Of a stretch of DNA of 64,000 bases, positions 9,860 through 20,309 are shown piece after piece. The DNA comes from Squalus acanthias (taxonomy: Eukaryota), in the NCBI GenBank assembly GCA_030390025.1, contig CM059431.1, forward strand, positions 98,210,001 to 98,274,000, in the 5' to 3' direction. The position numbers and the translations under genes are program-made. Numbering within the stretch: the first letter of the stretch is position 1; each line of letters opens with the position of its first letter. Below the pieces are notes generated by a model. The model had not been told where the DNA came from. It searched no databases and saw only the letters and a list, made by a program, of their open reading frames with translations.

Positions 9860-10552
9860 GGGGGGAAAATTGGATGGCACCCATTTTGGGGCGCTAATGT
9901 CGCCAGGGCGCTAATCGCCCGATAAAGTTAGCGCCCCTCCACTGTAAATTCAGTAGTAGCGCCCCCAGCAGGAGGTGGAGCGCTACTGGAAAATGCTCCA
10001 CCTCCTGCTGGGGGCGCTACTACTAAATTTCACAGCGCTACGCGCAACAGAGCCTCGCGCACCAGCACATAGCGCCGCGGTACTGCAGGCCTCCCTCCCC
10101 TGATTAAAGGGGAGGGGCCTCGCGCTGCGCGCGCCGGGGCCCTGCTGGACCACCGGGGAGCGGGGTGCCGGGAAAGCAGCCTGGCACTCGAGAGGAGCGC
10201 CAGGCTGCGCGATCGCGGCCGGCACCCCGAGAAAAATGTCAAAGGGGGTAGGTGCTGGCAGTCAGCCAAAATAAAAATGGCCGCCCGACACCTGCCCTTT
10301 AACTTGCCCCGCTGCGGCTGGAGAAACGCCCCCTGACCCTGTCGGACATATTGTCCGGCGATAGGTCAGTGGGCGCAAGGGAAGATCGCGGCTGGGGCGC
10401 TACGCACGGCGATGACGTCATTGCCGGCGGCACAGCACCGTGGGGTGCTACTGGCTACCGCCGCCGCCGCTAACCTCCCGCTGAATTTTGCCCGGGCGCT
10501 AGGGGAGTTGCGCCCTGTTAGCGAGAGGCGCAAACCAACCCAATTTATCCCC
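9860..10552. mobile_element. GC-rich PIF/Harbinger-like MITE (~690 bp)
   Basis: 3-bp TSD CTG (9857-9859 and 10553-10555); TIR GGGGGAAAATTGG / GGGGATAAATTGG; left end similar to the 7696 element (CCCATTTTGGGG.GCTAAT). Confidence 0.7.
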
Positions 10553-10616
10553 CTGGTGTTCAAGATCGTAGGTGATAGAACTTTCATTCCCAGCATGTTG
10601 TCGTGCAATGCTCCTT

Positions 10617-11052
10617 GCAACGACAACTTGCATTTATATAGCGCCTTTAACATACAAGTAAAAATGTCCCAAGGCGCTTCACAGGAGCGATTATCAGACA
10701 AAATTTGACACCGAACCACATAAGGAGATATTAGGGCAGGTGACCAAAAGCTGGGTCAAAGAGGTAGATTTTAAGGAGCGTCTTAAAGGAGGAAAGAGAG
10801 GCGGAGAAGTTGAGGGAGGGAATTCCAGAGCTTAGGGTCCAAACAGCTGAAGGCACGGCCGCCAATGGAGAGGTGATTAAAATCGGAGATGCTCAAGAGG
10901 CCAGAATTGGAAAAGCGCAGAGATCTCAGAGGGTTGTGGAGCTGAAGGAGGTTACAGAGATAGGGAGGGGCGAGGTCATGGAGGGATTTGAAAACAAGGA
11001 AGAGAATGATGGGCCAAGAGCCAATGTAGGTCAGTGAGCACAGGGTGATGGT
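10617..11052 (-). mobile_element. L2 LINE 3' fragment
   Basis: Minus strand LVFKSLHDLAPPYLCNLL..GGRAFSCLDPKLWNSLP; tail at ~10620. Confidence 0.9.
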
Positions 11053-11222
11053 CAAAAAGAAATTGATGTATGATGCTTGTGCATTTGTGGTATGACGCAT
11101 TGTTTAGGCTGTTGCATTCCCATTTATTGTAAGTAAACAGTCAGTACTGTTCACTCACACAAGATGGGATAACCTCAGATACAATTAATGTTTGTTTGAT
11201 TATGAATAAATACTATACTCAC

Positions 11223-11242
11223 CACAGTTTTAGAAACATGGA
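11223..11242 (-). CDS. candidate micro-exon (20 nt; alternative acceptor at 11249 gives 27 nt)
   Basis: Acceptor gattcttgtttgtagcttttag, donor GTG|GTGAGT; encodes (I)HVSKTV. Confidence 0.35.
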
Positions 11243-11445
11243 CTAAAAGCTACAAACAAGAATCACTGCAAGAAGCATTAAACCAGCCACAATATGAGGG
11301 TTTAGCCATTGACTAAATAAACAGTGAATTTAATCCTTCAGTCCAGTTTTAACAGTTTACAACAGTCAAGTGACTCTCAGAACAGAGATAGTTTTAGCAA
11401 ACAGTGTACGTAGGACCTTGAGAACCCTGTCAATGTGTTGCTTAC

Positions 11446-11458
11446 TCTGAGTATACGA
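11446..11458 (-). CDS. candidate 13-nt micro-exon (SYTQ+)
   Basis: ctgac branch-like motif, acceptor ttctacatcag, donor GA|GTAAGC; the 13+20 nt pair keeps frame. Confidence 0.25.
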
Positions 11459-11611
11459 CTGATGTAGAATTAAACTTGTCAGAATTAGAGGAATTCCCTC
11501 AGGCAAACATTGATCATTGATCACAACTAAAAACTTACAACGTCCTGGCATTTGTAATTTCACAGAGATTTGCCCAGTTTTATCTCCAGACTGCCCCTCC
11601 CCCACACTAAC

Positions 11612-11728
11612 CAATGCCCTGTGAGCTGCTGATTGACCCCTCGTGTCCTCCTCCTCCTCTTCATAGTCCTCTCGCTGCAGCTGCTCCGCATCAGCTCCGA
11701 TGGGAATGTTTCCATCGAGGACCATATT
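11612..11728 (-). CDS. candidate 117-nt exon NMVLDGNIPIGADAEQLQREDYEEEEEDTRGQSAAHRAL, host gene unknown
   Basis: Branch-like gctgat, acceptor ttttgtgaattttgctctcag, donor TTG|GTTAGT, phase 0-0, open acidic frame in unique sequence. Confidence 0.4.
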
Positions 11729-11775
11729 CTGAGAGCAAAATTCACAAAACTACAATCAGCTTGCCAACTCGATAT

Positions 11776-13214
11776 GTGGCTCAGTGGGCAGCACTCTCGC
11801 TTCTGAGTCAGAAGGTCGTGGGTTCGAGCCCCACTCCAGAGACTTGAGCACAGAATCCAGGCTGACACTCCAGTGCAGTGCTGAGGGAGTGCTGTAATAT
11901 CGGAGGGGCAGTACTGAGGGAGTGCCGCACTGTCGGAGGGGCAGTACTGAGGGAGTGCCGCACTGTCGGAGGGGCAGTACTGAGGGAGCGCCGCACTGTC
12001 GGAGGGGCTGTACTGAGGGAGTGCCGCACTGTCGGAGGGGCAGTACTGAGGGAGTGCCGCACTGTCGGAGGGGCAGTACTGAGGGAGCGCCGCACTGTCG
12101 GAGGGGCAGTACTGAGGGAGTGCCGCACTGTCGGAGGGGCAGTACTGAGGGAGTGCCGCACTGTCGGAGGGGCAGTACTGAGGGAGTGCCGCACTGTCGG
12201 AGGGGCAGTACTGAGGGAGTGCCGCACTGTCGGAGGGGCAGTACTGAGGGAGCGCCGCACTGTCGGAGGGGCAGTACTGAGGGAGTGCCACACTGTCGGA
12301 GGGGCAGTACTGAGGGAGTGCAGCACTGTCGGAGGGGCAGTACTGAGGGAGCGCTGCACTGTCGGAGGGACAGTACTGAGGGGGCGCCGCACTGTCGGAG
12401 GGGCAGTACTGAGGGAGTGCCGCACTGTAGGAGGGGCAGTACTGAGGGAGCGCTGCACTGTCGGAGGGGCAGTACTGAGGGAGCGCCGCACTGTCGGAGG
12501 GGCAGTACTGAGGGAGCGCTGCACTGTCGGAGGGGCAGTACTGAGAGAGTGCCGCACTGTCGGAGGGACAGTACTGAGGGAGCGCCGCACTGTCGGAGGG
12601 GCAGTACTGAGGGAGCGCTGCACTGTCGGAGGGGCAGTACTGAGGGAGCGCCGCACTGTCGGAGGGGCAGTACTGAGGGAGCGCTGCACTGTTGGAGGGG
12701 CAGTACTGAGGGAGCGCTGCACTGTCAGAGGGGCAGTACTGAGGGAGCGCTGCACTGTCGGAGGGGCAGTACTGAGGGAGCGCTGCACTGTCGGAGGGGC
12801 AGTACTGAGGGAGCGCCGCACTGTCAGAGGGGCAGTACTGAGGGAGCGCTGCACTGTCAGAGGGGCAGTACTGAGGGAGCGCTGCACTGTCGGAGGGGCC
12901 TTCTTTTCAATGAGACGTTAAACCGAGGCCTCGTCTGCTCTCTCAGGTGGACGTAAAAGATCCCATGGCAGTATTTCGAAGAAGAGCAGGGGAGTTCTCC
13001 CCGGTGTCCTGGCTAATATTTATCCCTCAACCAACATCACTGAAACAGATTATCTGGTCATTATCACATTGTTGTTTGTGGGATCTTGCTGTGCATAAAG
13101 TGGCTACCGCGTTTCCTACATTACATCAGTGACCACACTTCAGATGTACTTCATTGGCTGTAAAGCGCTTTGGGACGCCCTGAGGTCGTGAAAGGCCCAA
13201 ATCTTTCTTTCTTC
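11776..13214 (+). mobile_element. near full-length SacSINE1/DeuSINE-like tRNA-derived SINE with internal minisatellite expansion
   Basis: A box TGGCTCAGTGG, B box GGTTCGAGCCC, Deu-like core (GATGAGACGTTAAACCGAGG-like..TCTCAGGTGGACGTAAAAGATCCCATGGC..GAAGAAGAGCAGGGGAGTTCTCCCC) and L2-like tail. Family name is from recall. Confidence 0.8.
11875..12898. repeat. 33-bp minisatellite inside the SINE, ~31 copies
   Basis: Unit CAGTACTGAGGGAGYGCYGCACTGTCGGAGGGG; the 11-codon period explains the 243-359 aa ORFs. Confidence 0.95.
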
Positions 13215-13427
13215 ATCATCCCAGAACAGCCAAAGTATCGGAAACACTGTGCTATCACCCCAGATATCTGTCCCAGCCCTTACATGATTCATGTTGTAGT
13301 CCTTGTTGGCTGTAAGCATTCCACAAGCACATAGGAATCATCCACCCCTGTATCACTGTGACCTTCACTGACGAATACCCTTTCCTTTCTTTACTGGGGT
13401 CACAGATCACTGTACACTACTTCTATT

Positions 13428-13800
13428 TTCATTCTGGGGATGTGGGTGTCGCTGGCAAGGCTGGCATTAATTGCCCATCCCTCGTTGCCCTGAACTGAAG
13501 TGCCTTACTATGCTTCAGAGGGCAGTTAAGAGTCAACCACATTGCTGTGGGTCAGGAGTCACATATAGGCCAGACCGGGTAAGGACGGCAGGTTTCCTTC
13601 CCTAAAGGACATTAGTGAACCAGATGGGTTTTTACGACAATCCGACAGCTTCACGGTTACTTTTATTGAGACCGGCTTTTTATTTCCAGATTTTTTCAAC
13701 CTGAATTCAGATTCTCAAACTGCCCTGCTGGGATGTGAGCTCACGGTCTCTGGATACTAGTCCAGGCCCCTGGATTACTAGTCGATTAACCCCCGTACCC
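13428..13800 (-). mobile_element. SINE family B copy
   Basis: Matches 22585-23040; tail GCCAGCCTTGCCAGCGACACCCACATCCCCAGAATG on the minus strand. Confidence 0.8.
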
Positions 13801-14181
13801 CATTGGTAAAGGACTTTTGTTGTATTTTCAGTTTCTGCTGCTGAGAATTGTACACATCTGGCAACGTGTTTAAACAAAGCAGCTGTCACATCCTTGTTGG
13901 CCGATAGATAGCGAATTGGCCAGGTCCGAGTCTATCCCTAGAATGGCCCCATTGCTGGAAGTTCAGGGCTGTGGTAATACCAATTCTCACTGAGATTTTT
14001 GGGGCATATCTGGATCAGACGATGCATTGCCGATGTCAGCAGTCACACTGGGAGTTTCTGTACTCAGACTATACCAGCCAAGTTAGAGATCACATAACCC
14101 CATACGCTGAGGCGGGTGTGCGTGCTACCCACTCCCACCAGACATGAATATCCCGCAGGATGTCAGGCTCGAAGCCCCCAT

Positions 14182-15122
14182 CTCCCCGGCACTGTCTGGA
14201 GCTCCTGTCTCCCCGGGACTGTCTGGAGCTCCTGTCTCCCCGGGACTGTCTGGAGCTCCTGTCTCCCCGGCACTGCCTGGAGCTCCTGTCTCCCCGGGAC
14301 TGTCTGGAGCTCCTGTCTCCCCGGGACTGTCTGGAGCTCCTGTCTCCCCGGGACTGTCTGGAGCTCCTGTCTCCCCGGGACTGTCTGGAGCTCCTGTCTC
14401 CCCGGGACTGTCTGGAGCTCCTGTCTCCCCGGGACTGTCTGGAGCTCCTGTCTCCCCGGGACTGTCTGGAGCTCCTGTCTCCCCGGGACTGTCTGGAGCT
14501 CCTGTCTCCCCGGGACTGTCTGGAGCTCCTGTCTCCCCGGGACTGTCTGGAGCTCCTGTCTCCCCGGGACTGTCTGGAGCTCCTGTCTCCCCGGGACTGT
14601 CTGGAGCTCCTGTCTCCCCGGCACTGTCTGGAGCTCCTGTCTCCCCGGGACTGTCTGGAGCTCCTGTCTCCCCGGGACTGTCTGGAGCTCCTGTCTCCAC
14701 TCCCCGGGACTGTCTGGAGCTCCTGTCTCCCCGGGACTGTCTGGAGCTCCTGTCTCCCCGGGACTGTCTGGAGCTCCTGTCTCCCCGGGACTGTCTGGAG
14801 CTCCTGTCTCCCCGGGACTGTCTGGAGCTCCTGTCTCCCCGGGACTGTCTGGAGCTCCTGTCTCCCCAGGACTGTCTGGAGCTCCTGTCTCCCTGGGACT
14901 GTCTGGAGCTCCTGTCTCCCCGGGACTGTCTGGAGCTCCTGTCTCCCCGGGACTGTCTGGAGCTCCTGTCTCCCCGGGACTGTCTGGAGCTCCTGTCTCC
15001 CCGGGACTGTCTGGAGCTCCTGTCTCCCTGGGACTGTCTGGAGCTCCTGTCTCCCCGGGACTGTCTGGAGCTCCTGTCTCCCCGGGACTGTCTGGAGCTC
15101 CTGTCTCCACTCCCCGGGACAG
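14182..15122. repeat. 27-bp GC-rich minisatellite, ~35 copies
   Basis: Unit CTCCCCGGGACTGTCTGGAGCTCCTGT; stop-free, so long ORFs appear on both strands; 5-bp insertion variants at ~14697 and ~15107. Confidence 0.95.
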
Positions 15123-15577
15123 TAAGATCATTCCACTCCATGAATTCCACCAACTACATACACTGATGTCAATATTAATTTTCAATCCACTGAAGTAAGT
15201 GTCTGAAATATTATTTCACCAAAAGGATTGGTCACAGCGACTGTGTCTGATGCTTGTGTCTAATTTGGTTTTATGGATTTTGAGTTCTTGGGCTGTTTCG
15301 CATGCCCGAATTTTCATGGTCAATTCATGTATCATGCAAGTTTGAAAATGAAGCCTTTTTTCCCTCTGTAGCGAGCGGGGCCATCAGTTTGATCCCCTCG
15401 GTGTAGATGATTAAGTGGTGTTCTGTGTGCTCTCGCCTGTAGGAGCAGGATGTAATCTTTGATATCTGAATCCAAGCTTTCAAGTTTGAGGTATCATTTT
15501 GAGGAAGTTTGATTAATACCATTTCCAAACCGATCCACAGTGAGAACTCAGAGATTCCTGATATTGCAAAGACAATT

Positions 15578-17131
15578 GCCCCGAAATTTACTGGAGCAGG
15601 ATTTCCAAGAGGTGGGGGAGGAGTTCTGAAGAAGTCCAGGTTTGCCCGAATGCCGAGGAGAACTCCATGGTGTGCGTGTGTTTGTTTAAGCAGGTTCCCT
15701 GCTGGTTGCTCGCCTGATTGACAGGCTCGACTCCCTGTCGGGCGGGGAGCGCTCTGGAGGAGGCCGCAGCACCAGGAGCAGATAGGTCTCCTGCCCTTCG
15801 ATGTAGAGAGCGTGAGGGATAGGGTACAGCGTGGCTTGGAGGGTCGGGGGTGATCGTGGGGGTCAGAGAGAGATCAGGGGCAGAGATGGGGGCTCGGGGT
15901 GATTGTGGGGAGGGTCGGTGATCGCGGGGGTTTAGAGAGAGATCAGGGGCAGAGATGGGGGCTTGGGGTGATTGTAGGGAGGGTTGGAGAGAGATCAGGG
16001 GCGGAGATGGGGGCTCGGGGTGATTGTGGAGAGGGTCAGTGATTGCGGGGGTTTAGAGAGCGATCAGGGGCAGAGATGGGGGCTCGGGGTGATTGTGGAG
16101 AGGGTCAGTGATCGCGGGGGTTTAGAGAGAGATCAGGGGCAGAGATGGGGGCTCGGGGTGATTGTGGAGAGGGTCAGTGATCGCGGGGGTTTAGAGAGAG
16201 ATCAGGGGCAGAGATGGGGGCTCGGGGTGATTGTGGAGAGGGTCAGTGATCGCGGGGGTTTAGAGAGAGATCAGGGACAGAGATGGGGGCTCGGGGTGAT
16301 TGTGGAGAGGGTCAGTGATCGCGGGGGTTTAGAGAGAGATCAGGGGCAGAGATGGGGGCTCGGGGTGATTGTGGAGAGGGTCGGTGATCGCGGGGGGTTA
16401 GAGAGAGATCAGGGGCAGAGATGGGGGCTCAGGGTGATTGTGGAGAGGGTCGGTGATCGCGGGGGTTTAGAGAGAGATCAGGGGCAGAGATGGGGGCTCG
16501 GGGTGATTGTGGAGAGGGTCGGTGATCGCGGGGGTTTAGAGAGAGATCAGGGGCAGAGATGGGGGCTCGGGGTGATTGTGGAGAGGGTCGGTGATCGCGG
16601 GGGTTTAGAGAGAGATCAGGGGCAGAGATGGGGGCTCGGGGTGATTGTGGAGAGGGTCGGTGATCGCGGGAGTTTAGAGAGAGATCAGGGGCAGAGATGG
16701 GGGGTCGGAAGGGTCGGTGATCGCAGGGGTGGGTCGGTGATCGTGGGGGGAGGGGGGTTTCGATTGCCAGGGGGTTCGATTGTGGGGTGGTGCGGGGGGG
16801 AAGCTGGTTAGCTTGCGGGGTCAGGGAGAAGCAATCCTGTTCCGCCTGGCCCACAAGCAGTGCTGGAAAGGCACATACGTCTTCCATGCAGCAGTCCTCA
16901 CCTCCCGGGACTGGGAAACCCGGCCGGCCAGGGTTTAAGCCTGAAACAGATAAAATCTGAGGCACGCAGCCTGATTGAAATAGTTAAATGAGCGACCCGC
17001 CTCCTGGGAGCGGGTTGTTTGCCCACCCTCCCCCCGTCTTGCCTACGGGCGGGTTCGAGGCGCGTTGGGTTCGGATTTGAGATTTTTTACATTTTAACCT
17101 CCCACCCGACCTAGGGGGTTAAAATTACCTC
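15578..17131. mobile_element. probable GC-rich non-autonomous DNA element hosting the 69-bp array
   Basis: GC-rich block with ends GCCCCGAAATTT.. and ..AAAATTACCTC|CAG resembling the Harbinger-like MITE ends; TIR and TSD not clean. Confidence 0.35.
15865..16725. repeat. 69-bp G-rich minisatellite, ~12 copies
   Basis: GATCAGGGGC at 16131 and 16200; 23-codon period (ERDQGQRWGLGVIVERVSDRGGL). Confidence 0.95.
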
Positions 17132-17224
17132 CAGTATGTCTGCTTTGAAGAATGTTAAAGAGATTTCAGGAAGGCCATTTATGAATAACTTTGGGCTCAA
17201 GTCTATTGCCCTCCCAGGTTGCCA

Positions 17225-17430
17225 TGTTATGCTGAGTCAGGAAGTGCAGAATCTTCGCATCTTGTTCTACTATAAACTCAGTGACCTCCTTCAAATCCAC
17301 TCCATTACCAAAGTCGCTTCCATCCACTTCCGCAACATTGTCCATCTCCGTTCCCATCTCTCCCCATCGCTCCCATCTGCCACCAAACCTGTAGTCCATG
17401 TCCTCATCACCTCGAGGCTTGACTTCGCGA
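17225..17430 (+). mobile_element. older, diverged L2 ORF2 fragment
   Basis: IHSITKVASIHFRNI..LRSHLS..VHVLITSRLD, an L2 ORF2 post-RT motif. Confidence 0.7.
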
Positions 17431-17976
17431 ATGACTTTCGACTCAGCCTCCCAACATCAACTGACCACGAGTTTCTAAATTGTCTCTAAATTGTCAGACT
17501 GTTTGTCCGGCATCCAGGTCTGGATGAGCAGAAATTTCCTCCAACTACATATTGGGAAGACGGAAGCCATTGTTTTCGATCCCCGCCACAAACTCAGTTT
17601 CCTCTTCACTGACTCCATCTCTCTCTCTAGCATCTGTCTGAGGCTGAACCACACTGTTCGTACCTTGGTGTCATATCTGACCCTGAAATGAGCTTCTGAC
17701 CCCATATCCACAGCATAACTAAGACCGCCTATTCCACCTCCGTAACATCGCCCGTCTCCGCCCTTGCCTCAGCTCATCTGCTGCTGAAACCCTCATGCAT
17801 GCCTTTGTTACCTCTAGACTTGACTATTCCAACGCACTCCTGGCTGGTATTCCACATTCTACCCTACATAAACTTGAGGTCATCCAAAACTTGGCTGCCC
17901 GTGTCCTAACTCACATCAAGTCCAAAAATGAGAAGTCGCACAACACCAGGTTATAGTCCAACAGATTTATTTAAAA

Positions 17977-18016
17977 TTACAAGCTTTCGGAGCTATCCTG
18001 CCCCTTCTTCAGGTAA
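17977..18016 (-). ncRNA. minimal type I hammerhead ribozyme motif (left arm)
   Basis: Exact reverse complement of 18505-18544. Confidence 0.65.
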
Positions 18017-18504
18017 AGTTACACTGAGTGAATCTACAAAAGTTCACAATATAAACACAGATACTACAGAGATACAATCTTTCCTTACATCAAAGACACA
18101 CCAAGTAAACAGCCAAGACAATGAGATGTGTCCCAGGGGGTCCAACGTGTCAAATCCTGCTGTCTGTAGCCGATCTCTCTCCATATCCCTTCCTCTCTCT
18201 CCGTCTTTTTTGGGGTTTGTATTTTGGGCATATTGCGCATATTAACACAGACATCAAGTATCTGCAGAGATGCAAGAAAGCAGACAAGATTCCGAACCCA
18301 AAATACAAACCCCAAAAAAGACGGAGAGAGAGGAAGGGATATGGAGAGGATATGCAGACAGCAGGTTTTGACACGTTGGACCCCCTGGGACACATCTCAT
18401 TGTCTTGGCTGTGCTCTTGGTGTGTCTTTGATGTAAGGAAAGATTGTATCTCTGTAGTATCTGTGTTTATATCGTGAACTTTTGTAGATTCACTCAGTGT
18501 AACT

Positions 18505-18544
18505 TTACCTGAAGAAGGGGCAGGATAGCTCCGAAAGCTTGTAA
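18505..18544 (+). ncRNA. minimal type I hammerhead ribozyme motif (right arm)
   Basis: TTAC-CTGAAGA-A-GGGGC-AGGATA-GCTCC-GAAA-GC-TT-GTAA: stem I TTAC/GTAA, CUGANGA core, 5-bp stem II, GAAA, palindromic mini stem III (AAGCTT), UH site. Confidence 0.65.
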
Positions 18545-18794
18545 TTTTAAATAAATCTGTTGGACTATAACCTGGTGTTGTGCGACTTCTCATTTTTGTC
18601 CACCCCAGTCCAACGCCGGCATCTCCGCATCATGACATCAAGTCCAATTCATCCATTAACCCTGTGCTCGCTGACTTACATATGCTCCCGGTTAAGCAAT
18701 GCCTCGATTTTAAAATTCTCCTCCTTGTTTTCAAATCCCTCCATGCCCTCGCCCCTCTCTATCTCTATCTCTGTAACCTCCTCCAGCCCAGCTC

Positions 18795-19510
18795 TTGGGT
18801 GTAGGCCATGCTGGCAAGGCCACATTTGTTGCCCATCTTTCGTTGCTCTGAGAAGGGAGTCACATCATTAAGAGTCAACCACATATTGTGGGATTGGACT
18901 CACAGGTAGGCCAGACAGGTTACTGCTTAATCACAGTCCATCCATCAGCTTAAACACCCACTCCCTTCACCACCGGTGTACCGTGGCTGCAGTGTGCACC
19001 ATCTACAAGATGCACTGCAGCAACTCGCCAAGGCTTCTTCGACAGCACCTCCCAAACCTGCGACCTCTACCAACTAGAAGGACAAGGGCAGCAGGCGCAT
19101 GGGAACACCACTACCTCCAAGTTCCCCTCCAAGTCACACACCATCCTGACTTGGAAACATATCAGCCGTTCCTTCATCGTCGCTGGGCCAAAATTCTGGA
19201 ACTCCCTCCCTAACAGTACTGTGGGAGCACCTTCACCACACGGACTGCAGCGGTTCAAGAAGGCGGCTCACCACCACCTTCTCAGGGCAACTAGGGATGG
19301 GCAATAAATGCCGGCCTTGCCAGCGACGCCCACATCCCGAGAATGAATAAAAGAAAGGTTCCCTCAGCTGAGGGACACTAATGAACCAGTTAGGATTCAG
19401 CAAATTTTGCTTGGTTGATTAACCCTTAAACTACTGGATTTATTAAGCTCAATTTCACAACTAACCATCGTGGTATTTGAACTCATAACTCTTCGGGTGA
19501 TTAGCCCAGC
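18795..19510 (-). mobile_element. diverged SINE family B copy, interrupted by a LINE fragment (pieces ~18795-18925 and ~19358-19510)
   Basis: GCTGGCAAGGCC.CATT..TTGCCCATC, TTAAGAGTCAACCACAT, GGACACTAATGAACCAGTT and TTTGAACTCA match family B. Confidence 0.55.
18950..19352 (+). mobile_element. CR1-group LINE 3' fragment (family distinct from the CR1 and L2 copies); probable partner of SINE family B
   Basis: HHRCTVAAVCTIYKMHCSNSPRLLRQHLP..(frameshift) SFIVAGPKFWNSLPNSTVGAPSPHGLQRFKKAAHHHLL; tail GGCCTTGCCAGCGACGCCCACATCCCGAGAATGAATAAAA. Confidence 0.75.
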
Positions 19511-19653
19511 CCCATACCCTCGGCATTATGAGACACCATAGTGTGCTATATAAATGCAATCTTCGGTTCTGGCTGTGTGTCGGGGGAATGAAGAGCAAGC
19601 AATGTTGTGAAGCAATGTGAGTGGGCGGAGCAGGTCATTTCGGTTCAACCTAC

Positions 19654-19669
19654 CTCAAGGATCTCATCT
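19654..19669 (-). CDS. candidate 16-nt micro-exon ((R)DEILE)
   Basis: Acceptor ttatttgtgattttatcag, donor GAG|GTAGGT, phase 2-0. Confidence 0.3.
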
Positions 19670-20309
19670 CTGATAAAATCACAAATAATGGCTGCTCCCA
19701 GGAGGGAGTAGGGGGAGGGGTTGGGTGTAAGGCTGGAGAATTATTGACTTTCAATCTAAATCATTGGGATTTCGAATCAGGATGACAATAGTGGGTAAAC
19801 ATTTCGTCATTTCCTTTGGTGCTTCTCTCGGAGTGTTCCTCCCCACAGGTGCCATCAGTCAGTACCCTTCGGATGAAGGGAATGTTTCGTCTATACAAGA
19901 ATGGAACGTTTGCTGAAGGATATTTGGGGTCAATTCTACAATGTAGAGCTGGTGTGAAGCTGTGAGCCAGGAGCATTGAAACAGTTGCTTCATGGTGCGT
20001 TATGGTCAGTGATGTAAGTGGCACTAGAGGGCTTGTCTAGCCTGAAACAGTCCCAGACCGAGTGCTGATAGAGGCCTCCAACAGAATGTGTGAGTTAGTA
20101 AGTCCAGTCAGGCTGTTAGTGTTGTGCCATGGAACAGAAAGCCCCTCAAGGGCAGTCTGTGCTGGAGAAACTGTGAGCACATCTACATAATCATTAATCC
20201 AAAACAAGGCCTCATACTCCCATAGGCACGACTGTCCGCTAGGAGTGGTAGGGTGCAATAAATGATATGGTGCTGAGGCACACAGACCAGAATGTGCCGG
20301 GTTAAGGAG

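Larger units (their letters stand above)
17923..18634. mobile_element. Penelope-like element (PLE) derivative: ~305-bp inverted arms (17923-18228 / 18297-18598), 68-nt loop, 36-nt unpaired tail
   Basis: Near-perfect inverted repeat; flanking direct repeat ACATCAAGTCC (17913-17923 and 18635-18645); arms carry CTGAAGAAG..CGAAAGCTT and AAATAAA..GTTGGACTATAACCTGGTGTTG, typical of PLE pseudo-LTRs. The loop translates HIAHINTDIKYLQRCKKADKIP, which resembles a PLE ORF N-terminus (from recall). Confidence 0.8.
17478..18790 (+). mobile_element. L2 ORF2 fragment split by the Penelope-like insertion (pieces 17478-17923 and 18635-18790)
   Basis: [36 protein letters not shown]..; resumes with PVLADLHMLPVKQCLDFKILLLVFKSLH. 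Confidence 0.85.

Noticed and set aside
11776..11850. tRNA gene
   Set aside because: The A and B boxes belong to a SINE head that continues into the Deu core; the same applies to ~1410-1455 and ~22970-23040.
11560..12956. 243-359 aa ORFs
   Set aside because: Translations of a 33-bp SINE-internal minisatellite, open on both strands.
14116..15198. 320-360 aa ORFs including collagen-like (GETGAPDSP)n
   Set aside because: A stop-free 27-bp repeat open in many frames; not a true Gly-X-Y pattern and no synonymous-biased divergence is evident.
15984..16965. 275 and 178 aa repetitive ORFs
   Set aside because: Artefacts of the 69-bp minisatellite.
19849..20262. Plus-strand terminal exon (GAISQYPSDEGNVSSIQEWNVC*, AATAAA at 20257)
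   Set aside because: The acceptor is good, but the frame is ambiguous and there is no linked upstream exon or recognisable homology; not listed as a feature.
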